Source of the DNA: an uncultured Chlamydiae bacterium
GTDB taxonomy: Bacteria > Chlamydiota > Chlamydiia > Chlamydiales > JAJFMA01
Reading direction: 5' to 3'
DNA: 64,000 bases
NCBI GenBank assembly: GCA_963713615.1
Contig: CAVQMM010000001.1
Span: forward strand, 3,040,001-3,104,000
The position numbers and the translations under genes are program-made. Of this stretch, positions 21,013 to 31,368 are shown in pieces (position 1 is the stretch's first letter; the number at the start of each line of letters is the position of its first letter). The notes beneath the pieces are model-generated. The model searched no databases. It was not told the DNA's origin and saw nothing but the letters and a program-made list of their open reading frames with translations.

Positions 21013-21332
21013 GAGACGATTGCAGAATTCGTTCGAAATGTCAGATGATTAATAAAGCCCTCACAATCATGTCTCGGCGCGAAGCGCTTTGGAGTGCGGT
21101 CGCTCGCGACCGCTTTGGATTTGGGCGAAGTTGGTATGACACGAAGCGTGACCTTCCGCTCTAGGGGTAATTGTGGGGGTTTGAGGCTCCATAGAACGAT
21201 GCGCGATTCAATAGGCTCGCCAAATCCAAAGCGGTCGCGAGCGACGCGCACTCTAAAGCGCTTCGCGCCGAGACACGATTGTGAGGGCTTTAATGGCTGT
21301 TTCGGCGTCGCAAGGAATTCTGCAATCGTCTC
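21013..21332. mobile_element. 320-bp MITE containing a REP-like palindrome pair (copy 1)
   Basis: TIR GAGACGATTGCAGAATTC...GAATTCTGCAATCGTCTC with internal inverted GCGAAGCGCTTTGGAGTGCGGTCGCTCGCGACCGCTTTGG. Confidence 0.85.
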
Positions 21333-21606
21333 AGTTCGTCCACAGCCCAAAGCCATGCGATATACCTGTTACTTGGAAGCGCTGCGCGCGTGTTATTTGA
21401 CGATTTGTGAATCGGGTCTGCATTCCTTAAGTGTTGCTAGCTCGTAATACCATCCTAATCATCTTAGTCTTCCAACCGGAGTCTGTTCCTACGACGTTTT
21501 GTACCGTGTTCCTTATGTTCTCTATGGTTGGCTGCTGTAGGTTCTGTACCTCTTCAACTACTTCGTTCATGCGCTCCACAGGAACATTAAAGGCTCCAAT
21601 GATATC

Positions 21607-22402
21607 TCATGGCAACAAGTTGACATTTAGATTCAACCGGGAAATTGCGAGGATTAGATCCTTTCTTCGCTCCTCGGGAACGTTTATTAAAGCTTCAATA
21701 ACCTTCTTGAAACTCAGAGAAAGCCCCCAGTCGGCCACTCCTCCGTAATAGGGAGCGATTCCTTTGTAAAAGGTGAATTTTTGGAAAACACTAGAGGCAA
21801 GTTTAAGTATACTGTACCTTTCTTTAGCTGGAACTTGCAAGATAGAATAAGGAAAATGCGGAGTCTCTTCTATAAATTTATCCTCATTACCAGGATAGAT
21901 ATAATCAGGATTGGTTGTATAGTAGAAGAGTAATTGAGATGCATCAGCTCTCTTATTCTGATTAATTCGATAAAAAAAATTTATTAGCTGGCGAACATTA
22001 AGTTTGCTGACATGCAAGCGTGTAGGTAGCGCGCAGATAAAATCGCTGGTTCTTGTTGATCTTCAGGAGGATTTATATTGGAAAAAGGGACAGTTTCTAG
22101 GGGATCGGGAATGATTTCAATTTTTTGATTATTGAAATCATATTCAATTTCGTTTTCGAAATCAATTTTAATTAATGGTGAACTTCTGTAAACGTACATA
22201 TTCATTTACCAATTGCCAACGTGGAAACTTCTGTTAACCCAAGCATTAAAACGATTGCTGAGCCTTCCGGGCTACCCAGGCAATAGTTTGCTGTGATAAG
22301 GTGAAGTTGACTTCTGTGGTTTCTTTCTGGAAGCGAATGGACAAAGTTGGACAGGTCCATTCGGTCCACTAGGCTCATGATGTCCACCGGCGCTACAGGC
22401 AT
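21607..22402 (-). pseudogene. Fragmented hypothetical gene (three overlapping short ORFs)
   Basis: Consecutive 66-, 73- and 136-aa ORFs on one strand in AT-rich sequence. Confidence 0.4.
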
Positions 22403-22419
22403 TAACGAGGCTTGCTTAC

Positions 22420-23427
22420 ATGGATTGGCAAGAGAAATTCGAACGCAAATATGAGATATTAGTCTGCTTGCTTGTTGAAAGTCGACGCAAGTTAGCGGAC
22501 AAGGATCCCTCTCTCGACGCCATTGCCCCGCCAGCGGAAGATTACATTGCGGCTCTAGACTTTGAGCTGAGCACTAAGGGTTTTGAACAAAGAATAGTAT
22601 TTCTCAATGAAGAACTTGCCAAAGCGCTATCCAGCGTTCCTCCTCAGCACCCCATCAGGCGAGAACTTCAACAAGAATATCAAAGGGACGTTCCAGAAAT
22701 TATTGGGATAGCCGCTAAGCGCATTCAAAGTGGCGAAACATTTGACCAGATTTTGGGATTTCTAGCTCATGAGCGCCAGCGCGTTGCGACGGAATATTGT
22801 CAGTATCCCATCGCTAAGTTTGGTAAGGCACGACAGGATCTTGTGCGGCTCTATAGATCAGCGATAGTAAAGGGAGGAAGGTTTGGCCATTACCGCGACA
22901 GAGCGTTAAGCTTGGTGGCAGTGGGTATGAAGGAGTTTCGTATGCCTGCAGCCTTCGATGTCGCTATAGGGTCCAAGTGGGCCACTCTGTTAGATGGGCT
23001 TACCATATGGGGCGAGGTGAATGAAGAAAAGGTCCCTCTAACGACTTTGCTGCTATGTTCTGAGCATCATGACGACGCTATGATGGAATGGTTATTTGGC
23101 GATAAGACCGTTATCTACCCATCGGCTACAATGATACATACGGATGTTCAGCAACTACCTAAGCTGTGGGTTTGGTGTAGAAAGCTGTTTGAAGAGATTC
23201 TCGTAGCTGAGGACTTTGTCAAGTCAGTCGCCAAATTTCACTGGTTTTTGTCACATGCTATGTTCTTTGAGCGCGGCAGTGCCGCGATCGGAGAATGGTT
23301 TGTGGAGGCGTTATTTCATTCTAAGAGACTTCGGGTGAGCTGGAAGACGCAGCCCGATTTAGAAGCTTTGCTGCAGGTAGATCTTCAAGGCTTCATCGAT
23401 CGCTATCCCGACATCGCAAATTTCTGA
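22420..23427 (+). CDS. AvrB/AvrC-like Fido-fold protein, candidate secreted effector
   Basis: C-terminal FHWFLSHAMFFERGSAAIGEW...PDLEALL resembles the AvrB-family HWxxAxAMPxxRGSAA motif. Confidence 0.65.
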   Translation: MDWQEKFERKYEILVCLLVESRRKLADKDPSLDAIAPPAEDYIAALDFELSTKGFEQRIVFLNEELAKALSSVPPQHPIRRELQQEYQRDVPEIIGIAAKRIQSGETFDQILGFLAHERQRVATEYCQYPIAKFGKARQDLVRLYRSAIVKGGRFGHYRDRALSLVAVGMKEFRMPAAFDVAIGSKWATLLDGLTIWGEVNEEKVPLTTLLLCSEHHDDAMMEWLFGDKTVIYPSATMIHTDVQQLPKLWVWCRKLFEEILVAEDFVKSVAKFHWFLSHAMFFERGSAAIGEWFVEALFHSKRLRVSWKTQPDLEALLQVDLQGFIDRYPDIANF

Positions 23428-23608
23428 TGCACACACAATCTGAAGCTTTTTTTTTCCACAGAGTGCACAGAGACGCCGAGATAGGGGAGAGAGGAGGATT
23501 TTTTTTTAGTTTTCTTTTTGGGATTCGTCCATATCGTCCATGATGTCCCATTTCTGTCCATATGGTCCATTCCTAAGTCCATCTTAGGAGAGGTCTAGTG
23601 GACGATAT

Positions 23609-23929
23609 GAGACGATTGCAGTATTCTTTTGAGATGTCAGATGAATTAATAAAGCCTTCACAATCATGTCTCGGCGCGAAGCGCTTTGGAGTGCGGTCGC
23701 TCGCGACCGCTTTGGATTTGGGCGAAGTTGGTATGACACGAAGCGTGACTTCTCGCTCTGGGGTACCTTGAGAGTCTGAAACCGCCAAAGAACGATGCGT
23801 GATTCAAGAGGTTCGCCCAAATCCAAAGCGGTCGCGAGCGACGCGCACTCCAAAGCGCTTCGCGCCGAGACACAATTGTGAGGGCTTTAATGGCTATTTC
23901 GGCGTCACAAGGAATTCTGCAATCGTCTC
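23609..23929. mobile_element. 321-bp MITE containing a REP-like palindrome pair (copy 2)
   Basis: Same TIRs as 21013-21332, flanked by a 4-bp direct repeat ATAT. Confidence 0.88.
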
Positions 23930-24082
23930 ATATACACGAATCCCAAAAAAACAAAAATTCTTTCCTCTCTCGGTGTCTCTGTGGCCTCTATCGATTAACA
24001 TGTGAGGAAAATATACCACACTCTACAGAAATTGGCAGCTCTGCTATTCTGGCGCTCCATTTGACACATTTGTAGGCATTTT

Positions 24083-25288
24083 ATGACACAGCTACCTGTT
24101 ACCGATTGGTATCCTCCTGAAGACCCCATCTTTGGTCTTATGGCGACATTTCGCAAAGATAGTAGAGCTAATAAAGTTAATCTAGGGATTGGAGCTTACC
24201 GCACTTCTGCCGGCGAGCCTTTGGTCTTATCCTGTGTGAGACACGCGGAGCAATTTTTATTTGATAAGAAGCTAAATAAAGAGTACCTGCCTATCGATGG
24301 AGATATTGAATTTTGTCGCTTGATAAGCGGTCTAATCTTTGGCCCATTGCTAGAAGAGGTACAGTCACGAACCTATGTCGCTCAAATGGTTGGCGGTACA
24401 GGGGCTCTCCGTATTGGGGGTGAGTATATTGCGTTGGGTGGGAAACGCAAAATATTTTTGTCTGTGCCTACATGGCCAAATCACAAGAATGTCTTCGGAC
24501 GTGCGGGTCTGGAGGTGGAAAACTACCCTTATTTCGACCAGATGCGTCATCACATCGACTTTGCAGCCATGTGCCAGAGCATTAGCAAGATGCCGCCTGG
24601 CTCTGTCCTTATGTTGCATGCTTGTTGTCATAATCCTACAGGGGTGGATCTTTCGATGGATCAATGGAAACAGGTCAGCAAGGTCGCCAAAGAACACCAA
24701 TTGCTGCCTTTCTTTGATATGGCTTACCAGGGTTTTGGCGAGGGGCTTGATGTCGATGCCCAAGCTGTTAGGCTGTTTGTTGAGGACGGTCATGATCTCC
24801 TCATCGCCTACTCCTGCGCCAAGAATTTTGGACTTTATAACGAACGTGTTGGGTTATTAGCCGCAGTGACGAAAAGCGCCTCCTCCGCAGATCTGTTGGG
24901 CAGGCAAGTCAAAACGGTTATTCGCGCTAACTACTCCAATCCGCCAGCCCATGGAGCGCGTATTGTCTCCACCATTCTGCAATCTGAGGAACTAAAAAAA
25001 GAGTGGTTTCACGAGCTTGACAGTATGCGAAAGCGTATTGAAGATATGCGTCGGGCATTGGTTGGTGGATTGCAAACCAATGGACATGCTCATCATTTCA
25101 ATGGCTTGATCAACCAAAAGGGACTCTTTTCCTATGGAATACTTAATAGTGATCAGGTGAATCGTTTACGTCAGCAGTTTGCTATTTACATTCCAGATGA
25201 TGGGCGCATCAACGTTGCTGGCTTAAGTCCAGAGAATCTACCGTATGTTTTGGAGGCTATAGAGGCCGTATCAGCGACGAATGTTTAG
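24083..25288 (+). CDS. aspC: Aspartate/aromatic amino acid aminotransferase (aspC/tyrB)
   Basis: KVNLGIGAYR, GGTGALR, LHACCHNPTGVD, FDMAYQGF and SCAKNFGLYNERVG. Confidence 0.97.
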   Translation: MTQLPVTDWYPPEDPIFGLMATFRKDSRANKVNLGIGAYRTSAGEPLVLSCVRHAEQFLFDKKLNKEYLPIDGDIEFCRLISGLIFGPLLEEVQSRTYVAQMVGGTGALRIGGEYIALGGKRKIFLSVPTWPNHKNVFGRAGLEVENYPYFDQMRHHIDFAAMCQSISKMPPGSVLMLHACCHNPTGVDLSMDQWKQVSKVAKEHQLLPFFDMAYQGFGEGLDVDAQAVRLFVEDGHDLLIAYSCAKNFGLYNERVGLLAAVTKSASSADLLGRQVKTVIRANYSNPPAHGARIVSTILQSEELKKEWFHELDSMRKRIEDMRRALVGGLQTNGHAHHFNGLINQKGLFSYGILNSDQVNRLRQQFAIYIPDDGRINVAGLSPENLPYVLEAIEAVSATNV

Positions 25289-26459
25289 AGGCGAGATGCA
25301 TCCAAATTCCTCGCGCACCTATCTTTTGGTAGGCCTGACGGCACTTTTACTGATTAGCTTGCCGCTGTCCATGGCAGAGCGCTTGCGCAGTTGGACCGTG
25401 GCGTTGGTGTCGCCATTGTGGCATCGGGCCAATATTATAGCCGTGATAGGTATTGGCAAGCCTATTCCACAAGGCAACGGATTGCGTCAGCCTCTCACAT
25501 TTCAGGAGCATCTAGAGGCCATTGAATTGGAAAATACGCAGCTCAGGGGTGAAGTCACACGCCTTACCGAGTTATTGGTTGCCGAGCAGGGCATCATCGA
25601 CCGCGTTCAGGCCTTTGCAAGCGATTCTATTGAGGTCGATTCCGTTTTAGCAAGACGTCGGCAAGAGCGTTTTAAACTCTTAGATCTCCAGTTGCAGTCG
25701 ATTCCTGCCAGAGTCATTTTTCGCTCACCGACATCTTGGAATAGTTCGTTTTGGTTGGATGTAGGTGAGGCAGACAACGAATTGCTAGGTCGCGTTGTGG
25801 TGGCAAAAAATAGTCCCGTAGTGGTGGGACATTCCCTGGTAGGTGTTGTTGATTTGGTTAATCGTCACCAGGCCCGTGTACGTTTACTCACGGATCCGGG
25901 CTTCAGCCCCTCTGTGCGTGCTGTGCGGGGGGATCCTCAAAGACAGGAGCTTCTGGAGCACTTTGATGCTGTGGCCAGTGGTTTGGCCCATGACGATGGG
26001 CTATTTCGGTCGGGTGATGAACGAACGAGAGTTCTGGAACTTCTGCTCGATATTCGTGAACGCCTACAGACTCATCAAGCCACCTGGCTACTGGCCAAGG
26101 GAGAGCTACAAGGAAGCACACTGCCACTATGGCGTCGCAAGGGAAGTGTTGTGCGTGGAGTAGGTTTTAACTATGACTTTGCTGATGAGGAGGGACCAGA
26201 GCGGGACCTTATCACGGGTAGACTGCTGGGTTGTGGCCAAGAATCTCGTGAAATGCCAATTCTTAAAGTGGATGATCTATTAGTAACGACAGGACTGGAT
26301 GGCATTCTCATTCCAGGGTTACATGTGGCAAGAGTCACGAGAGTATTGCCATTGGGAGAAGGTGACTACTTCTATGAGTTGGAAGCTCGTCCTACAGTAG
26401 GGGACACCGACGCTATCTCCTTGGTGTCTGTCCTTCCGCCATTAGAGCAGCCAGAGTAG
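25281..26459 (+). CDS. mreC: Rod shape-determining protein MreC (chlamydial type)
   Basis: TM helix, coiled coil (LELENTQLR), PARVIFRSP, LVGVVD...ARVRLLTD and DLLVTTGLDG. Confidence 0.88.
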   Translation: MFRGEMHPNSSRTYLLVGLTALLLISLPLSMAERLRSWTVALVSPLWHRANIIAVIGIGKPIPQGNGLRQPLTFQEHLEAIELENTQLRGEVTRLTELLVAEQGIIDRVQAFASDSIEVDSVLARRRQERFKLLDLQLQSIPARVIFRSPTSWNSSFWLDVGEADNELLGRVVVAKNSPVVVGHSLVGVVDLVNRHQARVRLLTDPGFSPSVRAVRGDPQRQELLEHFDAVASGLAHDDGLFRSGDERTRVLELLLDIRERLQTHQATWLLAKGELQGSTLPLWRRKGSVVRGVGFNYDFADEEGPERDLITGRLLGCGQESREMPILKVDDLLVTTGLDGILIPGLHVARVTRVLPLGEGDYFYELEARPTVGDTDAISLVSVLPPLEQPE

Positions 26460-26547
26460 CCCTTAGCCTTCTTTCCACAGTAAATGAGTGACACGAACCG
26501 TTCCATGCATGTAATATTTGTGGTTCTTGAGAGCAAGTTTGATTCCA

Positions 26548-26641
26548 TGGACTAATTGGACGATCTGGACTGATTGGACGAACTGGACAAAAAAGTGAAG
26601 TCCATTTTTGTCCAGCTCGTCCACTCAGTCCAGTTCGTCCA
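26548..26641. repeat. Inverted array of ~9-bp TGGAC / GTCCA units
   Basis: Five TGGAC units followed by five GTCCA units. Confidence 0.85.
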
Positions 26642-26677
26642 GAACGAGATTGAGGAACTAACGTGAAGGGATGCTCC

Positions 26678-27502
26678 ATGCCAAAACCTAGTGACACTCC
26701 GGTATTCATTCTCTGCGGGGGCTTAGGAACTCGTCTTAAAGAAGAGACGGAATTCCGTCCTAAACCCATGGTGCCTATTGGTCAGCATCCCATTCTTTGG
26801 CACATCATGCATAGTTATAGTCGTTTTGGATTTCGACGCTTTATTTTGTGTCTTGGATTCAAGGGGGAGGTCATTAAGGCCTATTTTCTGCATTATCCTT
26901 CGCTGAATAGCGACTTTACCATCGATCTTAAGAATAACAACCTTGTCATACACTCTACTATTGGTAACGAACCGTGGGAGGTCACATTGGCGGACACAGG
27001 TCAGGATACTATGGGCGGCGCGCGGTTGTTTCGAGCTGCTGAGAAGTACCTTGGGGATGCTGAGCATGCCGCGGTAACCTATGGTGACGGACTTTGCAAT
27101 GCTAACCTGATGGACGAGTTGGCCTTTCACCATGAGCACGGCAAGCTGGGGACCGTTCTTGGTGTAAACCCACCATCACGTTTTGGTGAAATTCAACTGC
27201 GTGGCGATGACGTCATTGAATTTTGCGAAAAACCTCAATTTAATGAAAAATGGATCAATGGGGGATTCTTCTTCTTCAAGCGAAGGTTCTTTCATGATTA
27301 TCTTTCTGCAGACTCTCAGTGTGCCCTAGAACGAGCTCCATTGGTGAAACTGGCTAAGGATGGAGAGCTCCTAATGTATCGTCACAAGGGCTTTTGGGCC
27401 TGCATGGACACTCAGCGTGATCGTGATGATCTTAATCAGATATGGAATTCCGGCAAGGCCCCTTGGTTGAACATCCATTCAGCAGAGAAAGAAGACGCAT
27501 GA
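26678..27502 (+). CDS. rfbF: Glucose-1-phosphate cytidylyltransferase
   Basis: ILCGGLGTRLKEETEFRPKPMV, TYGDG, WINGGFF and HKGFWACMDTQRD. Confidence 0.95.
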   Translation: MPKPSDTPVFILCGGLGTRLKEETEFRPKPMVPIGQHPILWHIMHSYSRFGFRRFILCLGFKGEVIKAYFLHYPSLNSDFTIDLKNNNLVIHSTIGNEPWEVTLADTGQDTMGGARLFRAAEKYLGDAEHAAVTYGDGLCNANLMDELAFHHEHGKLGTVLGVNPPSRFGEIQLRGDDVIEFCEKPQFNEKWINGGFFFFKRRFFHDYLSADSQCALERAPLVKLAKDGELLMYRHKGFWACMDTQRDRDDLNQIWNSGKAPWLNIHSAEKEDA

Positions 27503-28038
27503 AATTTACCCCTACCCCACTTGAAGGGGCCTTCTTGATTGACTTGGAAAAACGAGGCGATGAACGCGGTTTCTTTGGGCGTCTATACTGTCAAAAGGAG
27601 TTTGAAGCGAAGAACCTCACGCCTACCTTTGTTCAAGTCAACAATTCCTTGTCAAAGATTGAGGGAACCCTGCGCGGTTTGCACTATCAGGTAGCTCCCA
27701 AGGCAGAGGACAAGCTCGTTCGTTGTATTCGAGGGTCCATTTGGGATGTCATCTTGGATCTTCGTCCCACTTCGGCAACTTATGGACAATGGTATGGCTA
27801 CACCCTAACAGCCGAAAATCGCACGATGATGTACGTGCCCAAAGGTTTTGCACATGGCTTTGTTACTTTGGAGTCGGACAGCGAAATATTGTATTTCGTT
27901 TCAGAGTTTTACTCACCCGAGCATGAGCGGTGCGTTCGTTGGGACGACCCCTCTTTCAAAATCCGTTGGCCAAAGCAGCCCAAGGTGATATCTGAAAAGG
28001 ATGCCAAGGCTTTGGACTATAAACGAGAATCCGTATGA
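27499..28038 (+). CDS. rfbC: dTDP/CDP-4-keto-6-deoxyglucose 3,5-epimerase
   Basis: DERGFF, GTLRGLHYQ, KLVRCIRG and YVPKGFAHGF. ATG overlaps the rfbF stop. Confidence 0.95.
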   Translation: MKFTPTPLEGAFLIDLEKRGDERGFFGRLYCQKEFEAKNLTPTFVQVNNSLSKIEGTLRGLHYQVAPKAEDKLVRCIRGSIWDVILDLRPTSATYGQWYGYTLTAENRTMMYVPKGFAHGFVTLESDSEILYFVSEFYSPEHERCVRWDDPSFKIRWPKQPKVISEKDAKALDYKRESV

Positions 28039-28952
28039 AGCTTCTTTTTACAGGGGCAAGTTCTCTAACGGGCTACTGGTTTATCAAGGAATTGGTGAGT
28101 GCCGGACATGACGTTGTGGCAACCTTTCAAGGTCCACCAAGCTTTTATGAAGGCATCAGAGCTCGGCGTGTTGAGCTAGTCCAGCAGCTCTGTTCTTGCA
28201 CCTTTGATTGTGCCTTTGGGAGTGATCATTTTTTGGCTTTAGTAGCCTCTGAGCCCCATTGGGATCTTCTATGCCATCATGGAGCGAATGTCACAAATTA
28301 CAAAAGTGCTGATTTCGAGGTCATAGCCGCTGTTAAGAAGAACGTATGCAATCTGCAAACAGTTCTGGAACGTATGAAAGCAAAAGTCATACTTACTGGA
28401 AGCGTTTTTGAACAGCGAGAAGGAAATGGATCTGATTCCGAAGTTGCCGTTTCGCCTTATGGTTTATCTAAAGGGATGACCTCGGACTATTTTCGTTTCT
28501 ATTGCCAGGCGCAGGATATCGCCTTGGGTAAATTTGTGATTGCCAATCCCTTTGGGCCCTATGAGGAGGCACGTTTTACAAGTTTTCTAATGCATGAATG
28601 GTCCAGAGGCCAGGTAGCGCCCATTAAAACACCCGCATATATTCGAGACAACATACACGTTTCTTTGCTTGCATTAGGCTACCGAGCTTTTGTGGAAAAA
28701 TTGAAGGTGACAAATACGTTCTGTCGTTATGCCCCTAGTGGATATGTCGAAAGTCAGGGCGATTTTGTTCAGCGCTTCGCTGCAGCAATGCGCTCACGAA
28801 CGGGCTGGGAATGTCGATACGAAATTTTGCAGCAGAATAGTTTTCCGGAACCTCGCATACGGGTCAATGAGGAACCCGTTGTTTGCGAAGGGTGGAGCGA
28901 AGATAGAGCTTGGGATGACCTCGCTGATTACTATCAAAGGCTATTATCCTGA
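28035..28952 (+). CDS. NAD-dependent epimerase/dehydratase
   Basis: LFTGASSLTG Rossmann variant and YGLSK. Confidence 0.9.
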   Translation: MKLLFTGASSLTGYWFIKELVSAGHDVVATFQGPPSFYEGIRARRVELVQQLCSCTFDCAFGSDHFLALVASEPHWDLLCHHGANVTNYKSADFEVIAAVKKNVCNLQTVLERMKAKVILTGSVFEQREGNGSDSEVAVSPYGLSKGMTSDYFRFYCQAQDIALGKFVIANPFGPYEEARFTSFLMHEWSRGQVAPIKTPAYIRDNIHVSLLALGYRAFVEKLKVTNTFCRYAPSGYVESQGDFVQRFAAAMRSRTGWECRYEILQQNSFPEPRIRVNEEPVVCEGWSEDRAWDDLADYYQRLLS

Positions 28953-28958
28953 GGTGTT

Positions 28959-29909
28959 ATGGCGGATTCTATTGGCGTCGTGATCATCACACATGAGGCG
29001 AAGCAACACCTATCGCGTTGCTTGCCTCCTCTGTTAGCCTCTTCTTTGCAACCTAGGGTCATGGTGGTCAATTCCTCGTCGCAAGATGGGACCATTGAAG
29101 AAGCGCAAGGACTGGGGGCCGAGACATGGGTAGTCCCACGCGCGGCTTTCAATCATGGTACAACCCGAGAGCAGGCACGGCGCCGACTCGAGACAGATAT
29201 TGTGGTCATGATGACGCCCGATGCTTATGCCACCGATGCTAGTATGTTAGAAAGACTTGTGGAACCGGTAGTCTCTAGGAAGGCTTCGCTGTCATATGGA
29301 CGGCAATGTCCTAGGGAAAATGCTGGAGTTTTGGAATCCTTTTTGAGGCATTTTAACTACCCTGCAGAGAGTCATATGCGTAGTATCGCTGATGCTTCTC
29401 GTTGGGGCGTATATGCGTTTTTTTGCTCCAATAGCTGGGCAGCCTATCGTAACAGCGCCCTGGATGAGGTAGGGGGATTTCCCAGCGTATTGATGTCAGA
29501 GGATGCCTTGGTGACGGCGGCCTTGTTGCGTCGAGGACATTTCATAGCCTATGTTGCAGAAGCCGTGGTGCGTCATTCACACGACTACACACTTGTGCAG
29601 GAACTGCAACGGCATTTTGATACGGGGTATGTGCGTGCACAGCACGCTAAACTCATCGATTTTGGAGCTACCGATTCCCAGCGTGGCCGGCAATATTTTG
29701 TGGAACTCAATAAATTACTCTTCAAAGAACGTCCCTCCCTGTTACCTTACGCTTGGGCACATACCGCAGCGAAATGGCTGGGGTATCAGCTCGGCCGTCT
29801 CGGTCCACGCATCCCCGGGGCAGTAGCAAAACGGCTAAGCAGCCAGGGATATTATTGGAACTCTGATGATTATCTGAGGATGAATGAAAGTTCTGGTCAC
29901 AGGTCATAA
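28959..29909 (+). CDS. GT2 glycosyltransferase (rhamnosyltransferase-like)
   Basis: SSSQDGT, FNHGTTRE, MTPDA, FFCSNS, SED and VRHSHDYT. Confidence 0.92.
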   Translation: MADSIGVVIITHEAKQHLSRCLPPLLASSLQPRVMVVNSSSQDGTIEEAQGLGAETWVVPRAAFNHGTTREQARRRLETDIVVMMTPDAYATDASMLERLVEPVVSRKASLSYGRQCPRENAGVLESFLRHFNYPAESHMRSIADASRWGVYAFFCSNSWAAYRNSALDEVGGFPSVLMSEDALVTAALLRRGHFIAYVAEAVVRHSHDYTLVQELQRHFDTGYVRAQHAKLIDFGATDSQRGRQYFVELNKLLFKERPSLLPYAWAHTAAKWLGYQLGRLGPRIPGAVAKRLSSQGYYWNSDDYLRMNESSGHRS

Positions 29910-30888
29910 AGGCTATATCGGTGCACACCTGGTAGAGCTCCTTAAGGAAGCGGGTCACACTGTGACAGGTTGTGACCTCGGTCTGTTTACGGATTGTGCA
30001 TGGTCGTCGCTTCCTAAAGCAGATCGGGAAATGTTTAAGGATATTCGATCATTGACTGCAGAGGAGCTAGCCGGTCACGATGGAATCATTCACCTGGCCG
30101 CCATCTCTAACGATCCCATGGGAAAGCTTGATGAGGCGGTCACTTTTGGAATCAATAGGGATGCTTCGATCCATTTAGCTAAGTTAGCGAAGCAGGCCGG
30201 AATACCACGCTTTCTTTTCGCAGCCAGCTGTGCTGAGTACGGAAAGCAAGGCTCGGCACCATTAGATGAATCAACACCATTTGATCCACTGTCAGCCTAT
30301 GCCAAATCTAAAATGGAGGCTGAAGTAGCCATACGTCAACTTTCCGATGATAGCTTTTGCACAGTCAGCTTGCGGAATGCTACGGCATTTGGCGTGTCAC
30401 CGATGTTACGGCTTGATCTAGTGGCTAACAATTTGCTGGCTTCAGCATATGCCTTAGGGGAAATCCGCGTCATGAGTGATGGCACTCCGTGGCGTCCTTT
30501 GGTGCATTGCCGAGACATCGCTAGGGCCTTTGTCGCGTTTCTAGAAGCACCCATGGCATCTGTGAACAATCAAGCTGTTAATGTCGGTGGCAACAATGAG
30601 AACTATCAAATTAAAGATGTCGCTGCAGCCGTTCAGGCACTGATCCCTACAGCACCCCTTATTTTTACGGGAGAGATAGGTCCCGATGCGCGAAGCTACC
30701 GTGTGAAGTTTGATCTGCTGGGTAGGCTATTGCCAAATTTTAAACTTCACTACACATTACAAAGCGGCCTGGAAGAATTGCATCGCTCTTTTATTGATCA
30801 TGGGTTTACCGCTGCAGACTTCTACGGTGATAAGTACTTTCGTTTACGTGCCATCAAGAGCACCTTTGAACGGTTATTAGGTGGATGA
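29884..30888 (+). CDS. NAD-dependent epimerase/dehydratase (SDR)
   Basis: VTGHKGYIG, HLAAISNDP, YAKSK and LRNATAFG. Confidence 0.93.
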   Translation: MKVLVTGHKGYIGAHLVELLKEAGHTVTGCDLGLFTDCAWSSLPKADREMFKDIRSLTAEELAGHDGIIHLAAISNDPMGKLDEAVTFGINRDASIHLAKLAKQAGIPRFLFAASCAEYGKQGSAPLDESTPFDPLSAYAKSKMEAEVAIRQLSDDSFCTVSLRNATAFGVSPMLRLDLVANNLLASAYALGEIRVMSDGTPWRPLVHCRDIARAFVAFLEAPMASVNNQAVNVGGNNENYQIKDVAAAVQALIPTAPLIFTGEIGPDARSYRVKFDLLGRLLPNFKLHYTLQSGLEELHRSFIDHGFTAADFYGDKYFRLRAIKSTFERLLGG

Positions 30889-30936
30889 GAAGTCAGAGAA
30901 ATCAGGAATGAGGATTTTAACCACAGAGGACACAGG

Positions 30937-31368
30937 GTTCAGAACAACGTCAGCTTGTATACGGGTGTATCTTGTGAAGATGATGTCTTCATCGGTCCTA
31001 GCGCTGTCTTCACCAATATTTTGAATCCTAGAAGTGCGGTGAGTCGCAAAGACGAATTTCTTCCTACGATTTTACGTCAAGGAGCTACTGTTGGGGCGAA
31101 TGCGACGATTGTTTGTGGAGTTGAGCTAGGCGCTTATTGTTTGGTGGGGGCTGGTACGGTCGTCACAAAGGATGTGAAGTCCTATGCCTTGGTTTATGGC
31201 AACCCGGCTCGTCAAGAAGGATGGGTTAGCCGTCATGGAGAACGTCTTGAGCTGCCTGCGAGCCTCCCTGAGGGGCATGATCGTGAAGCCGAGTGTCCGG
31301 TGACAGGAGAGCGCTATCGTCTCGAGGGTAGTGACTTGGAATTGGTGTGCGCAGCAGTCATTCCCTAG
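30937..31368 (+). pseudogene. 5'-truncated hexapeptide N-acetyltransferase (WbpD/WlbB-like)
   Basis: QNNVSLYTGV...FIGPSAVFTN..NPRS...GANATIVCG...YGNPARQ. The N-terminus is replaced by an ACCACAGAGGACACAG repeat. Confidence 0.8.

Noticed and set aside
21009..21447. ORFs of 65-117 aa here and at 23573-24075
   Set aside because: They are translations of the palindromic MITE on both strands.
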